DNA from: Verrucomicrobiota bacterium
GTDB taxonomy: Bacteria > Verrucomicrobiota > Lentisphaeria > Lentisphaerales > Lentisphaeraceae
Assembly: GCA_039798785.1 (NCBI GenBank)
Contig: JBDKFG010000053.1
Location: forward strand, 1 to 54,675
Direction of reading: 5' to 3'
Length of the DNA: 54,675 nucleotides
The notes below the pieces were generated by a model. The model saw only the letters and a program-made list of their open reading frames with translations. It ran no database searches and had not been told where the DNA came from. The position numbers and the translations under genes were made by a program. Within the stretch, counting starts at the first letter, position 1; each line of letters opens with the position of its first letter. Of the stretch, positions 1 through 7,302 are shown piece after piece.

Positions 1-59
1 CTAGGGTACAATAAAAATCTTCAAACGCAAGCAGCTGAGGCGAGAATTTTCAATGTATC

Positions 60-1643
60 CTAAATCGCTCCGGATTTCGGATGATCATGGCCGCAATATG
101 AGGCCATATGCAACAAATTACTGCCTTTTATTTTTATGTGCAAATCGGCTTTATTTTCTATTAGGTATTTGATTATGTCCATGTCACCAACACATACAGC
201 CTGAGCTAATGGAGACAAGTCTGCTCCTTTGATGTAATTGACATCCGCCCCGGCCTCAACCAAAGTTTTTAAAATTTCGATATTTCTGGGGGTGATTGCA
301 GCGTGAATTGCGCGCCACCCTTTTGGGAAATTATAATAACAATCAGGGCTGACCACAGCATCGATATTGGCACCTGCAGAAATCAAGTATTTTACGGCTT
401 CAATTTTCTTGGCTGAAACTGCCATAAGTAAGGCTTGGGTGCCCTTCTGACGTCCACTGCCTTCGATGTTAGGGGATACTCCTGATTCAATCAACTCCTT
501 GAGTCGTTCGACATTGCCTTGACGTGCGGCTTCATGAAGAGTTTGTATTTTTTGTGCTGATTGAGAAGTTTTTACTCCGCTCGTCAGGTTGACCTCCCCA
601 AAAAACTGAGCCAGATCACCCTTGATGCTTTTCTCACTAACCTCAGGATTATCGCCAATTGGACCCGATGAGGTGAAGACCCAAATCATTTTTCCATCCG
701 TGTGGACCAGCATACAACGATAGGCGTCGTGACGAGATCCATTGGCAGCAGGCAATGAACCCTTGGGGGCGACAAGGGTGACAGCGTAAATCGGGATGCC
801 GTTTACGGTTTCAAAGGTCGATGATTTGAATTTGGCGCCAGGCAAATAACGCAATAATGAGGGGGCAAATTGTTTGTGAAAAAATCCTTGAAGGATCATC
901 TTTCGAAATTCAATGTTTTCGACCTGCTTCTCAACCGTTGGATTAAAATCAGCATAATCAACTCGGCGCAATTTCTGGAAATTGACGAATTGCACATTTC
1001 CTCCGTGCTGAAGTATCTGTTCTTGGATGTCCTGAGGCGAATAAATCATGTCTGACTTGTAGATGAAGCCTCCGTTGGGCGAGGTATAAGTCGAGCCTGC
1101 TCTCAGTGGGGCCTCTGTTGAGAACGTTGGCAGGACCTTGGGGGGCAAGGTCGATGCTTTCCATCGAGCCTCCATGAGTAAACCTTTTTGGAGATCGCTC
1201 GGGTTCATGGGCTTGGTTCGACTGAAAAACAAAAGGGCACAGGGGGTGTTATTGGCGAAAGAGGCAAGAAGCATCGGCATCGCGCCATCATCGTTTTTCG
1301 CATCAAATTGAGCGCCCTTTTGCAGGAGAAATTGTGCCGTCGGCAAGCCCTGGGCTGAGACGACGGCATAGTGTAGTGGGCGGTTGCCGAGATCGTCTTC
1401 GGCTTCGATTTGGGCACCAGCTGCAAGGAGTGCTTGCAGCAGTTCAACTTGTCCTTGATGAGCAGCAAGATGAATGGCCTGGATGCCATATTCGGCTTGG
1501 GCATCGACTTTGAGGCCGCTGGCGAGCAAGGATTGCATGGCTTTGAGATCGTTTTTGACGACCGCTTGGTGCAGGCGGGTGTCAGAGGGCGTGGAGGTGC
1601 AGGCACCAAGGAGAAGGAGGAGCAAGGCTATCAGAATTCGCAT
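60..1643 (-). CDS. Ankyrin-repeat lipoprotein (two ankyrin blocks around a central unknown domain)
   Basis: Ankyrin motifs (AIHLAAHQGQVELLQALL, PLHYAV, TLHEAARQGNVERLKELI, PLAQAVCVGDMDIIKYLI). Lipoprotein signal MRILIALLLLLLGA-C at ATG 1643, preceded by GGAG. The ORF-track extension to 1952 runs through a G22 tract and is probably a separate gene. Confidence 0.8.
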   Translation of the reverse strand: MRILIALLLLLLGACTSTPSDTRLHQAVVKNDLKAMQSLLASGLKVDAQAEYGIQAIHLAAHQGQVELLQALLAAGAQIEAEDDLGNRPLHYAVVSAQGLPTAQFLLQKGAQFDAKNDDGAMPMLLASFANNTPCALLFFSRTKPMNPSDLQKGLLMEARWKASTLPPKVLPTFSTEAPLRAGSTYTSPNGGFIYKSDMIYSPQDIQEQILQHGGNVQFVNFQKLRRVDYADFNPTVEKQVENIEFRKMILQGFFHKQFAPSLLRYLPGAKFKSSTFETVNGIPIYAVTLVAPKGSLPAANGSRHDAYRCMLVHTDGKMIWVFTSSGPIGDNPEVSEKSIKGDLAQFFGEVNLTSGVKTSQSAQKIQTLHEAARQGNVERLKELIESGVSPNIEGSGRQKGTQALLMAVSAKKIEAVKYLISAGANIDAVVSPDCYYNFPKGWRAIHAAITPRNIEILKTLVEAGADVNYIKGADLSPLAQAVCVGDMDIIKYLIENKADLHIKIKGSNLLHMASYCGHDHPKSGAI

Positions 1644-1656
1644 AAATGACTCCATC

Positions 1657-1959
1657 TTAATAGTAAAATCCCGCCGCAGTTTCTTGCGGCGGCGGGCGGG
1701 GGGGGGGGGGGGGGGGGGGAGTTTCTTGATGTTGATGTCACCTTGGTCATCGAGTACGGCACTTTGTGCTATGCCATCCTCGACAACAAAGCGGAGCCAA
1801 CTGCCATCTGGCTCAACAAGAAGATAAGTGTGAAATAATTCATCGATCTCGATTTTCCCAGGAAATCCAGCCTCCTGCAAGCGCTTGACAATCAGTTCGA
1901 AAGTCAGCGGCGGCGGGGGCTTAGAGTCATCCGGAAAAAATGAAGACTTCAATGGACAT
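1657..1959 (-). pseudogene. Small ~100-aa hypothetical gene with two apparent homopolymer frameshifts (A6 at 1935-1940, G22 at 1698-1719)
   Basis: ATG 1959 lies just after the purQ stop and reads MSIEVFIF. Removing one base of A6 joins it to PDDSKPPPPLTFELIV. Adding one base to G22 ends it at TAA 1657-1659, just before the ankyrin RBS. The span is 303 nt. Confidence 0.45.
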
Positions 1960-1968
1960 GGCTAGCGC

Positions 1969-2763
1969 TTACTTGAGTGCGCTGACCGCATTCCGGAAGA
2001 GTTGTTGACCGAGGCCCTCTTTGGGGAGGCTGCCGTTGATCTTCTGGTTGGTCCAGTGGGGGTGGTTGAAGGGGGAGAGGTAGGCTTCGGGGTGGGGCAT
2101 CAGGCCGAAGATGCGGCCGGAGAGGTCGCAGATGCCGGCGATGGCGTTGGTCGAGCCGTTGGGGTTGAGGGGGAATTCCTGGGTCGCTTCGCCGCTGGCG
2201 GGGTCGATGTAGCAGAGGGCGACGAGGTTGTTGTCCTCGAGGAATTTCAGGGTGGCGGCGTCCTGGGGGACGAGCTTGCCTTCGCCGTGGCGGATGGGCA
2301 CGGGGAGGACGTCGATACCCTTGGTCCAGACGCAGGGCGACTTGGCGTTGGTCTTGAGGGTGACCCAGCGGTCCTGGAAGGCGCCGCAGTCGTTGTGCTG
2401 GAGGGCGACTTCCTGCTTGAACAGGCCGCCGATGGCGGGGACGATGCCCATGCGGGTGATGGTCTGGAAGCCGTTGCAGATGCCGATGACGAGGCCGCCT
2501 TTGGCGACGAACTGCTCGAGTTCGGCGCGGGCGCCGTACTTGATGCGGTTGCCGAGGACGGTGCCGGAACCGAGGTGGTCGCCGAAGGAGAAGCCGCCGA
2601 TGAAGGCGAGGATCTGAAAGTCCAGCAGCTTCTTCGGGTTGTCCATCAGGTCGTTGAGGTGGATGCGGGTGACGTCGGAGCCGGCGGTGGCGAAGGCGGC
2701 GGAAGTTTCCTTCTCGCAGTTGAGGCCGACGCCGGTGATGATGAGGGTTTTGGGGCTGGTCAT
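1969..2763 (-). CDS. purQ: FGAM synthase glutamine amidotransferase subunit
   Basis: GGFSFGD, GICNGFQ, PIRHGEGK, NPNGS and GLMPHPE motifs; next to purL. Confidence 0.96.
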   Translation of the reverse strand: MTSPKTLIITGVGLNCEKETSAAFATAGSDVTRIHLNDLMDNPKKLLDFQILAFIGGFSFGDHLGSGTVLGNRIKYGARAELEQFVAKGGLVIGICNGFQTITRMGIVPAIGGLFKQEVALQHNDCGAFQDRWVTLKTNAKSPCVWTKGIDVLPVPIRHGEGKLVPQDAATLKFLEDNNLVALCYIDPASGEATQEFPLNPNGSTNAIAGICDLSGRIFGLMPHPEAYLSPFNHPHWTNQKINGSLPKEGLGQQLFRNAVSALK

Positions 2764-2776
2764 GGTGGGGCTTCCG

Positions 2777-3199
2777 TCATTTGCTAATCAGTAGGTTTTG
2801 AAAGGGTTCGTGGTTCTTCCATCGGTAGGTATGGAAGTCGCGTTGGTCGGTGCTGAGGATGCGGCCGTGGCCGAGCTCTTCGGCGAGGAGAACCAGGGAG
2901 GCGTCGGCGAAATCCATGGGGAGGTCGGCGTAGCGGCTCATCAATGCCGTAAGGCGGTGCAGTTGCCCGGGGCCGATGTCGAAAACTTTAGCTGCACCCT
3001 TGGCGATCATTTCGATGAAGCGGATGGCACTGGCATTATTGACTCGCTTTCGCAAGAGGTGGCTCACCTCGGTCAAGACCGGCACCGTGGTGATCAACGC
3101 TTCATCGCTATAGAGGAGCATGGCCGACATGGCTTCTGGATGATGCCGGTCGGTGCTATCAAGCAGGGCGATCCAAAAACCGCTATCGGCGATGATCAT
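2777..3199 (-). CDS. vapC: PIN-domain toxin (VapC-like)
   Basis: IIADSGFWIAL, VLTEVSHLL, PMDFADASLV and ILSTDQRDF form the PIN acidic pattern. Confidence 0.9.
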   Translation of the reverse strand: MIIADSGFWIALLDSTDRHHPEAMSAMLLYSDEALITTVPVLTEVSHLLRKRVNNASAIRFIEMIAKGAAKVFDIGPGQLHRLTALMSRYADLPMDFADASLVLLAEELGHGRILSTDQRDFHTYRWKNHEPFQNLLISK

Positions 3200-3435
3200 T
3201 GATCCCCCCAGAGGTGGTCCTTGTAGTCGACCGAAAGATTGCCTCCGCCTTTGAGGCAGCCGATCAAGCCGGCCTCCTGCATGAGAGCTAAAGCCGGATT
3301 GACTTTGGGCTGGGAGTGAAGTCGTGCAATCTCAAGGGCGAGATCCAATACTTCCGGGATCGGCTTTTGCCATTGCTGTTGCAGCTCCAACAGGATCTGG
3401 GTGTGAACCTGGTCGTAGTCTTTGGCGATGTGCAT
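3196..3435 (-). CDS. Putative antitoxin
   Basis: 79 aa, 4-nt overlap with the PIN gene; C-terminal GLIGCLKGGGNLSVDYK motif typical of small antitoxins. Confidence 0.7.
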   Translation of the reverse strand: MHIAKDYDQVHTQILLELQQQWQKPIPEVLDLALEIARLHSQPKVNPALALMQEAGLIGCLKGGGNLSVDYKDHLWGDQ

Positions 3436-3459
3436 GAGTCGATCTCCGGAATGGGTTTT

Positions 3460-6429
3460 TTACACGCCGTCGAGGGTGGACTTGTAGGACTTGGCCATTG
3501 CGTCGAGCGACAGGGCGGCTTCGACGTGCTGGCCTTGGCGGAAGACCAGTTCGCCGTCGAAGGTGACCTTGCCGACCTTGGCGCAGGGCAGGCCTTTGAA
3601 GAGGGCTTCGAAGGACGCGGCCTTGTCGGGGGCGACGGTGGCGATGAAGCGCGAGGCGCTTTCGCTGAAGAGGACTTCAGCGGAGCTCAGGTCGTCGGCG
3701 CCGGGGATGAGGTTGATGTCGATGTCGAGACCGAGGCGGCCGCCGACGGCGACCTTGGCGAAGCCGACAGCCAGACCGCCGAGGGCGGGGGCGTGGAGCG
3801 AGTGGCAGAGCTCGGCGTCGGTCGCCTTGGCGACTTGGGCGTAGAGCTTCTTGGCGTGGTCGCAGTCGAGCTTGGGCACGGCGTTGCCGAGGGCGCCCTT
3901 GAGGACGGCGAACTGCGAGCCGCCGAGTTCGGCCTTGGTGTCGCCGATGACGTAGACCAGGTCGCCGGCGCGCTGGGCGGCGAGGGTGACGCACTTGGAG
4001 ATGTCGTCCATCTTGGCGATGGTCGAGATCAGCAGGGTCGGGGGGATGGAGATCTTCTTGCCGCCGCGGGTGGAGTCGTTTTTCATCGAGTCCTTGCCGG
4101 AGATCAGGGGCACGTCGAAGCTCGTGCAGACGTCGTAGAGAGCCATGTTGGCGCGGACGAGCTGGGCCATCTTGTAGCGGCCGTCGGGAGTCTTTTCCGA
4201 CTCGACCGGGTCGGGCCAGCAGAAGTTGTCGAGACCGGCAATGTGGCCGAGCTGACCGCCGACGGCGAGAGTGCGGCGGATGGCCTGGTCGAGGCTGACC
4301 GCGGTGCAGTGGTAGGTGTCGATGTCGGCGTAGTGCGGGGCGATGCCGTAGGCGAGGATGATGCCTTCGCGGCCGATCGGCTCGGCCATGAAGACGGCGG
4401 CGTCGGTGGCGACGTCGCAGTTGGCGCCGACGAAGGGCTTGATGACGGAGAGGCCTTTGACTTCGTGGTCGTAGCAGCGGGCCTTGCTCTCGTTGGAGCA
4501 GACGTTGAGCGAGCCGAGGAGCTGGAGCAGGTCGTGGCCGACGTCGTCGGACTCGGTGGCGGGCTCGGGGTGGACGGGGGCGGTCCACTTGGCCGGGATG
4601 ACCATCTTGGGCAGGCCGTCGTGCATGAATTCCATGTCGATGAGGGCGACGGTGAGATCGCCGTAGACGATGTGGAACTTGCCGGAGTCGTTGAATTCAC
4701 CGAGGACGCTGGCTTCGACGTCGCGCTTCTTGGCGAGGGCGAGGAAGGCTTCGAGCTTCTCGGGGGGAACGGCGAAGGACATGCGTTCCTGGGCTTCGGA
4801 GACGAGGATTTCCCAGGGCTGGAGGCCGGAGTATTTCACCGGGGCCTTGGACAGGTCCATGCGGCAACCGCCGGAGTGGTCGCTCATTTCGCCGATCGAG
4901 GAGGAGAGGCCGCCGGCGCCGTTGTCGGTGACGAAGCGGTAGAGGTTTTGGTCGCGGGCTTCGAAGATGAAGTCGCCCATGCGTTTCTGGGTGATCGGGT
5001 CGCCGATCTGGACGGCCTGGACGGGCGAGTCTTTGTGCAGCTCTTCGGAGGAGAAGGTGGCGCCGTGGATGCCGTCTTTGCCGATGCGGCCGCCGGTCAT
5101 GACGATGAGGTCGCCGGGGCTGATCGACTTGCTGGCGCCGGATTTGCCGTGCAGCTGGCGGGGCAGGAGGCCGGCGGTGCCGCAGTAGACCAGGGGCTTG
5201 CCGATGTAGCGTTCGTCGAAGTATTCCCAGCCGAGGCCGTAGGGGATGCCGGACTGGTTGCCGCCGTCGATGACGCCCTGGTGGACGCCGTCGCGGATGC
5301 GGCGGGGGTGGAGCAGGCCTTCGGGGACTTCCGAGGGCTTGGTGAAGGGCGAGCCGAGGCAGTAGCCCCAGACGTTGATCAGGAGCTCAGCGCCCATGCC
5401 GGTGCCCATCGGGTCGCGGTTGACGCCGACGATGCCGGTCATGGCGCCGCCGTAGGGGTCGAGGGCGGAGGGGGAGTTGTGGGTTTCGACCTTGTAGACG
5501 AGATCGAAGCGGTCATTGAAGGAGATGACGCCGGCGTTGTCCTTGAAGACCGAGACGAGCCAGGGGACGCGCTGCGAGATTTCCTTGGTGGCCTGCTGGA
5601 TGAAGGTCTTGTAGAGCGAGGAGTAGCGGGTGGTCTTGCCGTTTTCGTCGGTGTAATCGACATGGGCGGCGAAGATCTTGTGCTTGCAGTGTTCGGACCA
5701 GGTCTGCGCCAGGCATTCGAGTTCGCCGTCGGTGATCTTGCCGGCGATGCCGAGCTTCTGGCGGACCGGATCGTTGGCGCCTTTGCGGGCCCATTCCTGG
5801 ATGATCTTCATCTCTTCGAGAGTGAGGGCGAGGGTGTTTTTCTTCGAGATGTCGAAGAGCTCGGCGTCGGAGACTTCGAGGGAGAAGACCTTGACTTCCG
5901 GCTTGGCGCCGGATTCGATCAAGGGAAGGTTTTCAGGGGCGCCCTTGGCCTGCCATTCGGCGGCGGAGAGGACGGTGATGGTCTGGATCAGCGGGTTGCC
6001 GGCGACTTCGCGGCCGAGACGGAGGACGTCTTCGCGCTTGAGGGCGGGGGCGCTGATGAAGTATTCCTTGTGGGAGAAACACTGCTCGGCATCGCTGAGC
6101 TTGCGGCCGACGATGTCGCCGATGGCTTCATGGGCGGTGCGCGCGAGGTTGTCGGTGACACCGGGGAGGAAGCCGATTTTTAGGAACCAGTCGAAGCCGG
6201 AGCGGTCGCGGGTCTGGCCGACGATGCCTTTCTGGAGGACCGGGTTGATCATTTCGGCGACGCAGCGGGCGGCCTGGGCGGCGTCGAGCTGGGCGGTGAC
6301 GGTGATGACTTCGGCGGTGCGGACTTCGGCGATTTGCAGCCCGAAATAGTCGCGCGCCTGGGCGATCAACTGGTGGCGGCTGGGGTGGTCCACTTCGGGA
6401 CGGGGGCTCATTTCAAGGCGGAAGATCAT
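3460..6429 (-). CDS. purL: FGAM synthase PurL with N-terminal PurS-like extension
   Basis: QTWSEHCKHKIF, KVETHNSPSALDPYGGAMTG, DNGAGGLSS, SEAQERM, DNFCWPDP, ISGKDSM. Confidence 0.96.
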   Translation of the reverse strand: MIFRLEMSPRPEVDHPSRHQLIAQARDYFGLQIAEVRTAEVITVTAQLDAAQAARCVAEMINPVLQKGIVGQTRDRSGFDWFLKIGFLPGVTDNLARTAHEAIGDIVGRKLSDAEQCFSHKEYFISAPALKREDVLRLGREVAGNPLIQTITVLSAAEWQAKGAPENLPLIESGAKPEVKVFSLEVSDAELFDISKKNTLALTLEEMKIIQEWARKGANDPVRQKLGIAGKITDGELECLAQTWSEHCKHKIFAAHVDYTDENGKTTRYSSLYKTFIQQATKEISQRVPWLVSVFKDNAGVISFNDRFDLVYKVETHNSPSALDPYGGAMTGIVGVNRDPMGTGMGAELLINVWGYCLGSPFTKPSEVPEGLLHPRRIRDGVHQGVIDGGNQSGIPYGLGWEYFDERYIGKPLVYCGTAGLLPRQLHGKSGASKSISPGDLIVMTGGRIGKDGIHGATFSSEELHKDSPVQAVQIGDPITQKRMGDFIFEARDQNLYRFVTDNGAGGLSSSIGEMSDHSGGCRMDLSKAPVKYSGLQPWEILVSEAQERMSFAVPPEKLEAFLALAKKRDVEASVLGEFNDSGKFHIVYGDLTVALIDMEFMHDGLPKMVIPAKWTAPVHPEPATESDDVGHDLLQLLGSLNVCSNESKARCYDHEVKGLSVIKPFVGANCDVATDAAVFMAEPIGREGIILAYGIAPHYADIDTYHCTAVSLDQAIRRTLAVGGQLGHIAGLDNFCWPDPVESEKTPDGRYKMAQLVRANMALYDVCTSFDVPLISGKDSMKNDSTRGGKKISIPPTLLISTIAKMDDISKCVTLAAQRAGDLVYVIGDTKAELGGSQFAVLKGALGNAVPKLDCDHAKKLYAQVAKATDAELCHSLHAPALGGLAVGFAKVAVGGRLGLDIDINLIPGADDLSSAEVLFSESASRFIATVAPDKAASFEALFKGLPCAKVGKVTFDGELVFRQGQHVEAALSLDAMAKSYKSTLDGV

Positions 6430-6680
6430 GTTTTAGGCTTCCCGGGTTTTATGATGCCCGGGAAAGTGCCGCGCTTCGCCAAATCCGCAAGCCGGAGCAG
6501 CGGTTTTCCGGGGGGCAGAAGATCGGCTTCAGAGACCCAATGCGAGCCTCTCAGCGCGAATCGCCTCGCCCTCGGACGCATCAGCCAGATAGATCGCCTT
6601 GTCAAAAAAGCGGAGCCCTGGCCGAGTCGCCGCGGCGGACGCAAATCCGTGCCATCACCTGGAAAGCGATGAGGCGGACT

Positions 6681-7043
6681 TCAGCCGGCGGGCCCGAAGC
6701 TCAGGCGGTCGACGCCATGCAGCGAAAGGCCATGCCAAGTACCGAAGAGGAGGAGGTCGAACTGGAGCCGCAGAGCCTGGTGCGGCGGCAGCTTGTCGAG
6801 ATTCAGGCTGAGTTCCCCCTCGGTGAAGCATCCGAGCAGATGCATGTCTTTCTGCGGGCTGTAGCGAAGCGCCTCGCCTGTCCGGGGCTCGTGACTGATA
6901 TTGCCGTCCGCTCCTTTTTTCTCGGTGCTCTTGCCCTGGAAAGACCAGGCGGAGCAAGGAGATTTCGTGAAATCCTCGTCGAGGACCGGAGCGGCTGGGC
7001 TGTTGAGCCCCAGGCAGGAGAGCAGAATACAGGATCGAATCAG
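6681..7043 (-). CDS. Secreted-type hypothetical protein, 120 aa, CTG start; absent from the ORF track and possibly truncated
   Basis: Manual translation LIRSCILLSCLGLNSPAAPVLDEDF...LSLNLDKLPPHQALRLQFDLLLFGTWHG...PAG*. AGAAAGG RBS before CTG, signal-peptide-like N-terminus, genome-typical codon usage. Confidence 0.6.
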   Translation of the reverse strand: MIRSCILLSCLGLNSPAAPVLDEDFTKSPCSAWSFQGKSTEKKGADGNISHEPRTGEALRYSPQKDMHLLGCFTEGELSLNLDKLPPHQALRLQFDLLLFGTWHGLSLHGVDRLSFGPAG

Positions 7044-7302
7044 GGCAGACCTTTCTTAGTGATGATAGTGATGAAAATGACGGTGCGAACAATCTCGCAC
7101 CGATGAAGTGCGAATGCAAGAAAATCAAAAATGGACCCTCGAGACTTTGCTGCGACTGGCCTCCCGGCTGCAGGCGGCAGATGCTCGTTTGCGTGCGGTC
7201 AATTTCGCGATACTATGGCCAAATAGTCTTCGTTCATCCCGCGGCTGTTCCACGGCCGAAAGGAGCGAAACCTGCCGCAACCCGGAAATGTAAGGAGTCT
7301 TC

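Noticed and set aside
3316..6183. 955-aa plus-strand ORF and similar long antisense ORFs (e.g. 49714-51528, 28624-29763)
   Set aside because: Shadows of strongly codon-biased genes (purL, argS, ffh) with no recognisable motifs.
6430..6680. Purine or ZTP riboswitch upstream of purL
   Set aside because: Only short GC hairpins; no recognisable aptamer consensus.
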